Virus record (IMG/VR): IMGVR_UViG_3300027666_000001
DNA length: 64,000 nucleotides
Direction: 5' to 3' (one strand)
Source of the DNA: a virus
Numbering within the stretch: position 1 is the stretch's first letter; each line of letters opens with the position of its first letter. This document shows, one piece after another, positions 1-8,902 of this stretch. The notes beneath the pieces were generated by a model. That model did no database searches. It was given only the letters and a program-made list of their open reading frames with translations, and was not told the DNA's origin. The position numbers and the translations under genes are program-made.

Positions 1-90
1 ACTCACCTGCTCGGGTTCGGTCTCCTGCTCGGCCTCCGGGAGGGGCACGCTGATCGTGTCCTCGTCGGCGGCCGTCTTGTCCTCGCTCAC
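1..90 (-). CDS. hypothetical protein, N-terminal fragment (gene runs off left edge)
   Basis: GTG at 90 overlaps upstream stop (GTGA) and follows an AAGGAGGAAG SD. High GC3. Acidic N-terminus VSEDKTAADED. Confidence 0.5.
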   Translation of the reverse strand, partial: MSEDKTAADEDTISVPLPEAEQETEPEQVS

Positions 91-338
91 GATTCTTCCT
101 CCTTGCCACGGCGCAGCAGCTCGTTCACGTGGCTGCCGTCGTACCTGACCTTGTCCAGACCGGCCACTGCGAGAAAGGTGACCATCCGATCCACCTCGTG
201 CAGCGCCGCAGCGGCGAGCTGCGGATTCTCGAACTGACCGGTGCGCTGCATCCGCTCGTACTCGTCGATCAGCAAGGCGCTGGCCGCGCGGAGCTGACGC
301 AGACCGATCTCCAGGGCGCGAACGCGTTCGTCACTCAT
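87..338 (-). CDS. hypothetical protein (83 aa)
   Basis: ATG 338 behind GGAGAGGAGG SD, with 8-nt overlap of the upstream stop. The track start at 413 lacks an SD. Confidence 0.6.
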   Translation of the reverse strand: MSDERVRALEIGLRQLRAASALLIDEYERMQRTGQFENPQLAAAALHEVDRMVTFLAVAGLDKVRYDGSHVNELLRRGKEEES

Positions 339-675
339 CGTCCTCCTCTCCGGGCTCCGGGATCCGGTAGCCCTTGCGGCCGAGCTGGAAAGCCAGACGG
401 CCGACAGCCTCACTGTCTGCGGGCTCGCCTTCCGCCCATTCGGCCACCACCTGAAGAACCTCGCGAGCCGCCCGGTCCGTGGGCAGGAAGCGAACCCAGT
501 CGATCTTCCGGCCGTTGTGGTCCTTCATGGTGTCCAGCTCGACCGGGCCGTAGAACCTGCCCTGCATGTTGGCCACGGGCATGAACCACGGCTCGTTGCC
601 CGGATCCCAGAAGGCCATCCGGTAGCCGTCGTCGGAAAGCCGGAACTCCCAGCGGGTGCGTGAAGGGATGATCAT
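331..675 (-). CDS. hypothetical protein (114 aa)
   Basis: ATGA overlap with the upstream gene at 672-675. High-GC3 ORF. Confidence 0.65.
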   Translation of the reverse strand: MIIPSRTRWEFRLSDDGYRMAFWDPGNEPWFMPVANMQGRFYGPVELDTMKDHNGRKIDWVRFLPTDRAAREVLQVVAEWAEGEPADSEAVGRLAFQLGRKGYRIPEPGEEDDE

Positions 676-1367
676 CCGTTCATCCCCCAGTCGGAACGCC
701 TGACCTTGATCAGCCAGCTCTCGACGACCTTGCGGCTGGGCTTTTCTGGCAGCGGGCTTTTCGCCTGGTCGAACCGGGCCCCGGCCAGCCGCATGTACTT
801 CTCTCCCCGGGCGGGATCCTGGGCAATGGCCTGCCCCAGTTCGAAGACGCGCTCAGGGCTGATCTCGCTCGCGTTGCTGCGCAGGTCGACGACCAGCTCG
901 CCCGTGATGTACAGGTGGAAGCCCTGTTCGACGAGCCGAACCAGGTGGCGGGCGTGCTTTTCCGTGCGCTTGCGCGTGTCGGCCGAGAAGGATCCGTCGC
1001 CCCGGTCCTTCAGCCGGGTGAACTGGCTGGTCGCGTATCCCAGATAGGCGTCGCGCACCCGGGCCTTCGAGAGGAAGGAGTGACGCAGGTTCACCAGCAT
1101 CGCCCCCAGGTCGCTCATCTGCTCATACCGGTCCAGCCACAGCAGCTCGGAGACCGAGGGGTTCCCGTTGAGGCAGAGGGTGACGAACTTCTTCGCCTCG
1201 TGGAAGGTGGTATCGGGGTCCTTGGTCACCACCGATTCCTTCACATCGTCCAGCCCGAGAACTTCACTCGTCGGCGCCGCGAAAACCCCCATGTAGTCCA
1301 CATCGGAATTTTCGTGGTTCAAGCCGTAGGCCGTGGAGCCCACGACACCTTTCAGCAGAACATTCAC
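672..1367 (-). CDS. nucleotidyltransferase, Pol-beta superfamily (pfam10127/RlaP-like)
   Basis: GTG 1367 behind GGAAAGAGAG SD. GSTAYGLNHENSDVDYMGVF matches the GS-x(n)-DxD NTase signature. The region upstream of 1367 has poor GC3. Confidence 0.65.
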   Translation of the reverse strand: MNVLLKGVVGSTAYGLNHENSDVDYMGVFAAPTSEVLGLDDVKESVVTKDPDTTFHEAKKFVTLCLNGNPSVSELLWLDRYEQMSDLGAMLVNLRHSFLSKARVRDAYLGYATSQFTRLKDRGDGSFSADTRKRTEKHARHLVRLVEQGFHLYITGELVVDLRSNASEISPERVFELGQAIAQDPARGEKYMRLAGARFDQAKSPLPEKPSRKVVESWLIKVRRSDWGMNG

Positions 1368-1387
1368 GTTCTTCTCTCTTTCCGTTT

Positions 1388-1567
1388 TCAGTGATCGCCC
1401 CAGCAGCGGAGCGTGTGTTTGGCGCAGAAACCGTCTACAGCCATCCACTTCCAACATGGCATGCTCCATCGGTGAGACCGATGACTGCAATACCGCCAGT
1501 TCAGGCCGAACAGGACGATCGTCTTGTGGTGCCGCCAGCCCAGGATCAGCCGGGCCAGAACGCCCAT
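1388..1567 (-). CDS. hypothetical small Trp/Cys/His-rich protein (59 aa)
   Basis: TGATG coupling to the upstream stop at 1567. GC3 drops in the 3' half, so this call is uncertain. Confidence 0.35.
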   Translation of the reverse strand: MGVLARLILGWRHHKTIVLFGLNWRYCSHRSHRWSMPCWKWMAVDGFCAKHTLRCWGDH

Positions 1568-2163
1568 CAGTCCTTTTCCTCGTCCGGATCCGGCGGAGGC
1601 GGGAAGCCGAGCCGTTCCATGATCTGGATCAGGTCGTCGGCGTCGTACCCGGCGCCGTCGTTCACTGCGATGATCCAGCCCCACACCTCGCTCGACAGCT
1701 CCTCGGCCCGCCTTTCGGCCTTCATGCGCGCCTCGTGGGGCGTCATCGTGCCGAACGCGTCGCGCTGCACCGTGATGATGTACTTGTCGGTGGACTCGGC
1801 GACCTTCACGCCCATCTCCACCTTGTCGCCACGGTTGGCCAGATGGTCCACGCGATCAGTGAGAACCGTCTCGGAGTAGTTCGGCCCAGTGCCGATCAGG
1901 CCACGGCATGCCCCGACCCACATCGCAACCATCTCGCGGGCGGGCTCCAGGTCCATCGTCGCGGTGCCATTGCGGTACTCGGCGGCCCGGATGCCGACCT
2001 GCGCCATCTGCTCCGTGATCCAGCGCTGGGCGACCGCGTCCTCCAGCAGAGCCTCAACCACCTGCTGGGCGTCCTGCTCGGGGAGCTTCTTCGCAGTCTT
2101 GGGGCTGACCTGCTTCAGCAGTTCCAGCAGAACGCCGCCCAGACCTTCCGTCGCCTCGCTCAC
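1567..2163 (-). CDS. hypothetical protein (198 aa)
   Basis: GTG start in a GTGA overlap at 2160-2163. High GC3. Confidence 0.7.
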   Translation of the reverse strand: MSEATEGLGGVLLELLKQVSPKTAKKLPEQDAQQVVEALLEDAVAQRWITEQMAQVGIRAAEYRNGTATMDLEPAREMVAMWVGACRGLIGTGPNYSETVLTDRVDHLANRGDKVEMGVKVAESTDKYIITVQRDAFGTMTPHEARMKAERRAEELSSEVWGWIIAVNDGAGYDADDLIQIMERLGFPPPPDPDEEKD

Positions 2164-2471
2164 GTGCCCCTCTTCTCCAGTCGGATCTTGGAATCCTGGA
2201 TGCCGACCCTGACCCGGAATTCGTGCGCGCAGGGATCGACCTTCATGATGACCGCCGCGTTGTCCGTGGCGAACGCGGGCGGCTCGGTACGCATGCCGAT
2301 GTAGCCCGCCTCACCCTTGCAGCCGGGGCAGCGCGGCGCCCTGTTGTCACAGGTGACGATCTCCGGATGCTCGGTGACCAGATCCCCGGAGGGAAGGAGA
2401 AGCGGAAGCGTGCCGCAGCAGACCGCCGGGTTCTCCTTCCCGTCCCCGTCCAGCACTTCGTGGATCTTCAC
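2160..2471 (-). CDS. hypothetical Cys-rich protein (103 aa)
   Basis: GTG 2471. Paired Cys motifs (CC, CPGC). High GC3. Confidence 0.65.
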   Translation of the reverse strand: MKIHEVLDGDGKENPAVCCGTLPLLLPSGDLVTEHPEIVTCDNRAPRCPGCKGEAGYIGMRTEPPAFATDNAAVIMKVDPCAHEFRVRVGIQDSKIRLEKRGT

Positions 2472-2472
2472 G

Positions 2473-2739
2473 TCACCATCCGCCCGGAACCGTCAGGCCG
2501 GTCGCCTTCTTCTCCACCGGGCACTCGTCCTCGGGGCACCGATCCGTGTCGCGGACCATGATGAGGTGCTTCAGGCTGCGCTCCCCGCTGGCGAATGCCA
2601 CGTCGCCGTCGGCATCCCGGGCGACGATCCAGTCCGTACCGGCTGCTTCGATCTTCACGCAGTCGTAGTGGTCACGGCCGAAGCCGCCCTGGGCGAATCC
2701 GTGGATCACGTCGCCCACCTTCAGCGGTTCACTGCTCAT
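2473..2739 (-). CDS. hypothetical protein (88 aa)
   Basis: ATG behind a strong GAAGGAGGGG SD, with 11-nt overlap of the upstream stop. Confidence 0.7.
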   Translation of the reverse strand: MSSEPLKVGDVIHGFAQGGFGRDHYDCVKIEAAGTDWIVARDADGDVAFASGERSLKHLIMVRDTDRCPEDECPVEKKATGLTVPGGW

Positions 2740-3139
2740 TGCTCACCCCTCCTTCCCACTGTTTCACGATCTTCTGCGCCATCCTTCTGGCGTGGATCAC
2801 GAGATGTTCGAAGGCGCCGTACCGGTCGATTTCCTCCAGCGCCGAATTGAACAGATCGATCACCATGCGAGCGAACCGGGGGTCCATGAGCGCGATGAGC
2901 TGCGCGTCGGCCACGGTCACCTCGTTGTTCGGGTCCGACATGCAGTCACCCATGACCATGTCGCCGCGCTCGTTCATCACCCCGACCACGCGCCGGTCAT
3001 CCTCGGCCTTCTCGACCGCGAGCTGCCAGTCCATCCCCGAGTTGTTGCCGGAGACGGTGTACAGCCGCATCAGGATCTTGCGTGCGGCCCGGATGTCACT
3101 CCGGGCCGCTTCGACGTCCGCCATGTCGAGCACGGCCAT
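2729..3139 (-). CDS. hypothetical protein (136 aa)
   Basis: TGATG junction at 3139. High GC3. Confidence 0.65.
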   Translation of the reverse strand: MAVLDMADVEAARSDIRAARKILMRLYTVSGNNSGMDWQLAVEKAEDDRRVVGVMNERGDMVMGDCMSDPNNEVTVADAQLIALMDPRFARMVIDLFNSALEEIDRYGAFEHLVIHARRMAQKIVKQWEGGVSNEQ

Positions 3140-3477
3140 CAGTTGCTCAGATCCGCGATGATCCGGAAGCCGATCGCGTTGACCGGCGGGATCTCCGCCT
3201 GTCGCAGGAAGCGCTGGATCTGGCCGCGCCAGACCGCCATCTGCTCCTCGGTGAAATCGGCCATGTCGACCGGGTGCGGCTCCAGGGGCTCTGCGCTCTC
3301 GCAGTACGTGGTGATGAACAGCTCCTGGTTGGCGTAGCTGCCCGCCTCCAGGTATCCCAGGTCGGCGCCGGTCTCCGCGTTGTACTTCCGCAGGGCGCCC
3401 TTCTCCTCCAGGAGTTCCTTGAAGTGGCTGCCGACCTTCACGCAGAAAGCCAGGTAGCCCCTCGCGTACTGCCTCAC
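3139..3477 (-). CDS. hypothetical protein (112 aa)
   Basis: GTG 3477 behind GAGGAG SD in a GTGA overlap. The track start at 3603 would overlap the upstream gene by 130 nt. Confidence 0.6.
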   Translation of the reverse strand: MRQYARGYLAFCVKVGSHFKELLEEKGALRKYNAETGADLGYLEAGSYANQELFITTYCESAEPLEPHPVDMADFTEEQMAVWRGQIQRFLRQAEIPPVNAIGFRIIADLSN

Positions 3478-3974
3478 GAAATCCACTCCTCTTGGCGGGG
3501 TGCGATGTTCAGGATCTGGGCGCTCGTGCAGGGCCAGGAAACGCGACGGCCCATGCGGTAGAACTCGTCGGACCCGGTGTCCTGGTTGTGGACCTTGACC
3601 CACTTCCAGTCGATGCAGCGGGCGCAGATCTTCCGGCTCACGCTGGCGCGGTTCGCGCCGTATTCCTCGGTGGGCCGGTGGCCGAAGTCGTCGTCGGCGA
3701 CGAGCTGGACCGCGATCTCCTGGAAGCGCGGGTAGCAGACGGCGCAGGGGTCCAGGTCACGGATCGCGGCCTGGTCGATCGAGATCACCTCGGCGGCCGG
3801 GGGCTTGTCGCCCGCGCATCCGCAGTACGGGTCGCCGCACCGGCAGGCGAAGATCATGTGACCCGCTCCACGGGCCCGGCACTCGGGGTCCTCGTGGAAA
3901 CGCCTCGCCCTGCGGGAGACGTAGACCGTGTTGGACCCCTCGGTGAGCGACATCAGCGCGACGGCGAGCTTCAC
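3474..3974 (-). CDS. hypothetical Cys-rich protein (166 aa)
   Basis: GTGA overlap at 3971-3974. Several CxxC-like pairs (CRCGDPYCGC, CAVC, CARC). Confidence 0.65.
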   Translation of the reverse strand: MKLAVALMSLTEGSNTVYVSRRARRFHEDPECRARGAGHMIFACRCGDPYCGCAGDKPPAAEVISIDQAAIRDLDPCAVCYPRFQEIAVQLVADDDFGHRPTEEYGANRASVSRKICARCIDWKWVKVHNQDTGSDEFYRMGRRVSWPCTSAQILNIAPRQEEWIS

Positions 3975-4252
3975 TTCTCGTCACCCTTCGCCAGCTTCTC
4001 CTGGTGGGCCTTCTCCGCGTCGATGTCGGCCTTCAGGTCCAGACGCTCGTAGGTCATCCAGCGGCCGGTGTCCTTCTGCCACTCGTAGACCGTCACGCGG
4101 ATCACCCGGCTGGAGCCCTCACGGATCAGCTCGCGTTCGCCGTTGATGCCCGCGTAGCAGGTCGGTTTCGAGCGGAACTTCTTCTCCGGGAGCGGCGCCG
4201 CCGCCGTGAACGGCACGTACTTCCAGGTGTAGGTCGGCCTCTTCGTCGCCAC
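3971..4252 (-). CDS. hypothetical protein (93 aa)
   Basis: GTG 4252 behind GGAGAGGAGAAGG SD. Confidence 0.7.
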   Translation of the reverse strand: MATKRPTYTWKYVPFTAAAPLPEKKFRSKPTCYAGINGERELIREGSSRVIRVTVYEWQKDTGRWMTYERLDLKADIDAEKAHQEKLAKGDEK

Positions 4253-4279
4253 GTTCCTTCTCCTCTCCGGTGCCGCCCG

Positions 4280-4444
4280 TCAGCCGGGCGGCTCTTCCCT
4301 CACCCGCGCCAGCAGCTCATCCATCGAGCCGACCGGCGGGGTACGGCCGTCCCCGAAGGTGACGACCCTCCACGCTCTGTACTGATCGAGAGCCCACTGT
4401 CCGGGATCAATCCCTTCCGGTGGACCTTCTGCGTCCGTGCACAT
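4280..4444 (-). CDS. hypothetical protein (54 aa)
   Basis: ATG 4444 behind GGAAGGGAGGAAG SD. The longer track start at 4495 lacks an SD. Confidence 0.5.
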   Translation of the reverse strand: MCTDAEGPPEGIDPGQWALDQYRAWRVVTFGDGRTPPVGSMDELLARVREEPPG

Positions 4445-4549
4445 GCGCTTCCTCCCTTCCACCCGGCGAGCCGGGCCGCATGGAGAATAGCGCACTGTTC
4501 GAACGGAACTTGCTTGTGAAACAGGAATGTTCGATATGCAGGTATCCGT

Positions 4550-4906
4550 TTACTGCGAGTTCGCCACCGATGCGACCGAAAGGGGCTTCTCTCCGGGGCT
4601 GACGTGAGGAGCGAAGAGCTTCACGAGCACCGGCATCTTCGGTTCGTTGCGGTGCATGGCAGCCCGGGTGTCCAGGAGACCGGCCCCGCGCAGTGCGGCG
4701 ATCTGCTTGATGATCGTGGTGGCCCCGGCGTTGCGCCCGGCGATACCCGGGTGGAGCCGCATCAGGCCCTCCAGCGTCACCGGGAAGTACTCGTCCACGG
4801 CGTCGGCCTCACGGGAGGCGGCATCGAGGATCGCGTAGAGCCGGAAGGCGCCGTGCGGAAGATTCGAGGTCAGAGCTGCCGCAAGGACGCGGTCGGTCGG
4901 CTGCAT
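4550..4906 (-). CDS. winged-helix/HTH DNA-binding protein (118 aa)
   Basis: ATG 4906 behind GGAAAGGAGAAG SD. The segment TTIIKQIAALRGAGLLD resembles a wHTH recognition region. First gene of the leftward operon. Confidence 0.5.
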   Translation of the reverse strand: MQPTDRVLAAALTSNLPHGAFRLYAILDAASREADAVDEYFPVTLEGLMRLHPGIAGRNAGATTIIKQIAALRGAGLLDTRAAMHRNEPKMPVLVKLFAPHVSPGEKPLSVASVANSQ

Positions 4907-5786
4907 GTGCTTCTCCTTTCCGAGAACCACAGTACACCTTTTTCCACCGTCGAGCGCAAGGGTTAGCGAGAAGCACCTTTCAGGCCCATAGGCATCACGT
5001 ACCTCCTCCGCCACGAAGCCACCTGAGCCCGCCTGACGGCCCCAGCCACCCACCGACCGCCGCAGGGCCGCACCAACCCCTGCGCGCGCCCTAGAGCGCC
5101 GCCCAGCCCCCTTCCGGCCCGCACCCTGCCCACCGCCTCAGCCCCCAGATCTTTTTGGAGCGAAGCGATTCCTCCGTCCTCCCGCCGCCAGGCCGGGCGC
5201 CAGCCCGGATGGCGGGCCCTTGCCTACAGGTACAGACAGGAGAGAGGAGGATGTTTCTGTTCTTAAAGAGTGGGTGGTTCCGCAGGTCAGGGCGCAAGTA
5301 GGGGTTCAATACTCTCGTTTTTCCGAGAACTGGCAGCCAAAGAAAATCACCATGAATCGGTACGAATCGGGCACTGCATACCCCTCCCTGTTACCTGGCT
5401 GCCAGGGTTCAATGTTGACATCGCAACCCCTGCTTGCCCTGCGCCCGTCACACCCTTTGACCTGCGCATACATCGACACATAAGTGCGCACCCCCTGGCA
5501 GATTCGGGTGACCCTCCAACTTCCAAGTTCGATTCGGTCCCCGAACCAAATAGAACCGCAGGTCAGGCGAGCCATACCCACTGAGGGTATTAATTCGGAC
5601 TTATTGGTAATAAACCCTGCAACTCGGGCTGCTCTTGTTGGTGGCATGTCAAGTTGACCGCACAGACCACCAGTCAAACTGGGACATCGTGGGAGAACCT
5701 TCGTACCTTCGAAGGCTGTCGACAGCGGGCTGACCATGAGGATCGCGACCCGTACGATCAGGGACAACAGACCCGGGAGGTGGCTG
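4907..5786. promoter_or_regulatory. 880-bp lower-GC non-coding island between divergent operons (island A)
   Basis: No ORF with an acceptable GC3 or SD pattern. Holds GAWTCGRG-type repeats, the CTAG-centred GCGCCCTAGAGCGC (5086-5099) and TTGACA/TTGACC hexamers. Confidence 0.6.
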
Positions 5787-6275
5787 ATGGCAGCCGTAGG
5801 AACGACCGCTTCACAGGACGTGTATCCCGTCGACTTCGGCTCCGTGATCGGACAGATCCGGGCGCTCATTCCGGATGTCGAGCAGGTCGACTACTCGGAC
5901 TCCGGGATCGCCGAGTACATGTTCAGCGACGCCCACCTGCGCGGGCTGTACACGATCGCCATCGGTGAGGGTTCGGCACGCATCTACCGGGCGGCGGCCT
6001 CGGCCCTGCGGGCGCTCGCCGTTTCCGAAGGTCTGATCCAGAAGGTCATCCGCACCGAAGATCTTCAGACCGACGGTGCGAAGCTGGCCGGTGCCCTGCT
6101 CGCCGGAGCGAAGCAGCTCGAAGACCGGGCGGATGCGGCCGACGAGGACTCCGAGATCATGGTGATCGTGGACTTCCAGCCGGTGCCGCAGGACGGCTTC
6201 CCCTACAGCCTGCACGGTTTTCCCCAGGGGTGGACTGCCGGAATCGGCGGCCCTACCTTCGCGCGCTGGCTCTGA
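5787..6275 (+). CDS. head-to-tail adaptor-like protein (162 aa)
   Basis: ATG behind GGGAGGTGG SD. First gene of the rightward structural operon. Function assigned from position and size only. Confidence 0.4.
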   Translation: MAAVGTTASQDVYPVDFGSVIGQIRALIPDVEQVDYSDSGIAEYMFSDAHLRGLYTIAIGEGSARIYRAAASALRALAVSEGLIQKVIRTEDLQTDGAKLAGALLAGAKQLEDRADAADEDSEIMVIVDFQPVPQDGFPYSLHGFPQGWTAGIGGPTFARWL

Positions 6276-6281
6276 CAAGGA

Positions 6282-6321
6282 GGATCCGGGATTCGGGTGA
6301 AGATTCCCCGAACCTGGATCC
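6282..6321 (+). other. imperfect 40-nt hairpin bounded by GGATCC arms
   Basis: GGATCCGGGATTCGGG-tgaagatt-CCCCGAACCTGGATCC lies just after the stop at 6275. Contains GATTCGGGTGA, which is also found at 5501-5511. Confidence 0.4.
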
Positions 6322-6377
6322 TACTGGTGCGTAGGCGGGTAGCTTCCGTGGATCCAGCTTCCAAGAGGGCAGGGACC

Positions 6378-6566
6378 ATGGAAAAGAAGGAATACGAGCC
6401 GCCGATCACTGTCACCGAGGGAGGCGGAAAGATCACCATCTCCTACGACCAGACCGAGGTCTCCATCCCTGAGAACGGACCGGTGCCCAGCGGCACCCCG
6501 CCCCTCGCCTGCCGCATCTTCAACGCGCTGAAGTGCGATCTTCCGGGGCGTCTGCGTGCAGAATAG
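6378..6566 (+). CDS. hypothetical protein (62 aa)
   Basis: ATG 6378 after AAGAGGGCAGGG. High GC3 throughout. Confidence 0.5.
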   Translation: MEKKEYEPPITVTEGGGKITISYDQTEVSIPENGPVPSGTPPLACRIFNALKCDLPGRLRAE

Positions 6567-6571
6567 GCCCC

Positions 6572-7141
6572 ATGGCCTCACTCAACAGGCGCAGCGCTCT
6601 GGATCCCCGCTGGCAACTGCACCAGCGGTCGGTTCCTCGCGGCCACATGAACGCGGCGGTGGAGATCTTCCGCAGGCCGTCGCAGGGCGGTGAGTACGGC
6701 TTCGACCCCATCTCCGGCGGCCTGACGATTCCCGACGGCCAGGGCGGCGAGAAATTCCCCGAACTGATCCTGCTGTACCGGGGGCCGGGCCGCATCGCCA
6801 ACAACAAGGACTGGCGCGCGAGGGTCCGCACCCAGCGGGGCGATATGGGTACCGACCACGCGATCCGCGTACAGGTGCCGATCCGCACATGCCCGCCAGT
6901 GCATGCCAACGATCTGGTACGTGCACTTGAGCCCGACCCGAACGATCCGGAACTCGGCCATCTGATCCTCGGAGATCCGGAGCTGGTCCATTACCTTTTC
7001 CACGTACGCAACCCGCTCATGTCCTCGAATGCATGGCTGAGGAATGTCCTCTGTGACGTGGACGCGGCGCACCCGCAGACGCTGCCGCCGCCGTTCTCGA
7101 TGGAGCCCGTCGCCATGAACAACGGCGTGATGGGTCCTTGA
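6572..7141 (+). CDS. head-tail connector protein (stopper/head-closure-like, 189 aa)
   Basis: Sits between the adaptor-like and gp10-like genes. ATG 6572 lies 5 nt after the previous stop. Confidence 0.4.
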   Translation: MASLNRRSALDPRWQLHQRSVPRGHMNAAVEIFRRPSQGGEYGFDPISGGLTIPDGQGGEKFPELILLYRGPGRIANNKDWRARVRTQRGDMGTDHAIRVQVPIRTCPPVHANDLVRALEPDPNDPELGHLILGDPELVHYLFHVRNPLMSSNAWLRNVLCDVDAAHPQTLPPPFSMEPVAMNNGVMGP

Positions 7142-7160
7142 CCAGGGGAGAGGGAACCAC

Positions 7161-8075
7161 GTGGGCCTGAAGATTGCGCTGCTCAGCCGGGACAATGGCG
7201 TGGGTCTGTCGCTGGATGCCGCACTGCTCACCGAGCTTTTCGAGTCGGCTGGGCATGAAGTGGAATTCCATGACTGGCAGGCGAAGGAGATGCCCCGGAC
7301 GGACGTCGCTTTTCATCTCGAACTGGTCAGCCGGAACCTCGCCCAGTTCGCCGACAAGAACATCGCCATTCTGAACCTGGAATGGTATCCACGAGAGTGG
7401 ATGAAATACCTTGCGGCGTTTGATCAGATCTGGGCCAAGAGCAACTACGCACTGCGGTTCTGCCGCAATCGTGGCGGCAAGAACGTGCAGCTCACCGGGT
7501 TTCTGGGAACAGATCTCCATGATCCGGACGTAAAGCGTGAGCTGAAGTGCATGCATCTGCGCGGCCGGTCAGGGATGAAGGGCACGGAACAGGTCATCGG
7601 CGCCTGGCAGAAGGACTCAACCCTGCCGCCCCTGACGATCATCTCGAAGGATGAGGTGCACATTCCGGCAGGGCTCGAAGACCGCATCACCGTCGTCCTC
7701 TCACCTTCCGACGAGGAGCGCAATCGCCTGATGAACGAGGCGCAGATCCACGTCTGCCCCTCCATTGCCGAGGGGTGGGGCCACTACATCACTGAGGCCA
7801 TGTCGGTGGGCGCCATCGTGGTGACGACCGACGCCTCACCGATGAACGAGCACATCAGGCCGGAGTGGGGCTACCTGGTCGGAGTGACCAGCACGCGCAA
7901 CCACCACCAGGCGATCCTCACGTACACCTCTCCGACGCTCGTTGCCGAGGCGGTACGCCGGGCCGCAGCCCTCACCCCGGAACGACGTGAGCAGATCGGT
8001 AAAGCGGTTCGCGCCCGCTTCCTGAAGCGCAATGCCGAGTTCAAGGAAATCGCACTGAGGCTGGTGGAGCGGTGA
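7161..8075 (+). CDS. glycosyltransferase, GT-B fold (GT1/GT4-like, 304 aa)
   Basis: C-terminal EGWGHYITEAMSVGAIVVTTDASPMNE matches the E-x7-E retaining-GT motif. GTG start. Confidence 0.7.
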   Translation: MGLKIALLSRDNGVGLSLDAALLTELFESAGHEVEFHDWQAKEMPRTDVAFHLELVSRNLAQFADKNIAILNLEWYPREWMKYLAAFDQIWAKSNYALRFCRNRGGKNVQLTGFLGTDLHDPDVKRELKCMHLRGRSGMKGTEQVIGAWQKDSTLPPLTIISKDEVHIPAGLEDRITVVLSPSDEERNRLMNEAQIHVCPSIAEGWGHYITEAMSVGAIVVTTDASPMNEHIRPEWGYLVGVTSTRNHHQAILTYTSPTLVAEAVRRAAALTPERREQIGKAVRARFLKRNAEFKEIALRLVER

Positions 8076-8902
8076 AGCACACGGTTCTGGTTCCTGCGTG
8101 GCGCAGGCCCGACATGCTGCATGCCTGCCTCACCCGGCTGGCCAAGGCGGCGGCGGGTTATGACGTGCGAGTGGTGGTGACGCTGGACCGGAAGGGTACC
8201 CTGGAATGCCGTCAGGTGGCCGAATCCTTTTCCAGCTCGTTCTCCGAGATTTTTCTGCGCGTGATGCACCATCACCAGTTCCACGGGAATTCCTACAACA
8301 TCCTGTCTGGACTGAAGGATGCATTGTCCATCGAAGCCGACCTGATTCACGTGGTCGAGGACGACATCATGGTCTCGCTCGGTTACTTCGCGTATCACGA
8401 AGCAGCCCACTCGGCGGCTCCGGACGCTTTCTCGGTGAGTGCCTGCCGGAACCAGAACCTGACCGGAGAACCCCCAGCGGCGGCCTACCGGCACCCTTCC
8501 TACCAGTCGCTCGGAGTGTCTTTCCGGCCCGAGGTGGCCCGCCGCGTGGTTGCCCACAACAAGCCGGTGTACTACGGCGACATGGTCGGTTACTGCCGCC
8601 GCACCTTCCCCGGCAGTCAGATCCCGCCGGGGCATGCGGAGCAGGACGGGCTGTTCAACCGGATCCGGGAGAGCGGCCGGGGGGTGACGGTGTACCCCGC
8701 GCAGCCCCGGGCTTTCCATGCGGGGTTCTACGGGTACAACCGGACGGGCCGGAAACTCTCGGGCTCGATCGAGCGCCGGTCGGAGAGGATCCTCTCGATG
8801 ACCTCGGAAGAGATGAATGCGATGGCGGGTCTGATGAAGGACCATGAGGTCATCGACCTGGACGAGAACCTTCCGGTCGACGAGGTGAGGGAGGCCCTGT
8901 AA
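8072..8902 (+). CDS. glycosyltransferase, GT-A fold (GT2-like, 276 aa)
   Basis: N-terminal VLVPAWRRPDML plus a VVEDD DxD-type motif. GTGA overlap with the previous GT gene. Confidence 0.6.
   Translation: MKHTVLVPAWRRPDMLHACLTRLAKAAAGYDVRVVVTLDRKGTLECRQVAESFSSSFSEIFLRVMHHHQFHGNSYNILSGLKDALSIEADLIHVVEDDIMVSLGYFAYHEAAHSAAPDAFSVSACRNQNLTGEPPAAAYRHPSYQSLGVSFRPEVARRVVAHNKPVYYGDMVGYCRRTFPGSQIPPGHAEQDGLFNRIRESGRGVTVYPAQPRAFHAGFYGYNRTGRKLSGSIERRSERILSMTSEEMNAMAGLMKDHEVIDLDENLPVDEVREAL

Noticed and set aside
5220-5869. ORFs inside island A (5220-5483, 5270-5584, 5306-5869) and a 16-codon mini-ORF at 5251-5301 behind GGAGAGAGGAGG
   Set aside because: They have low and unpatterned GC3, no coupling and implausible sequences. 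The mini-ORF has an SD-like run but is too short to support.
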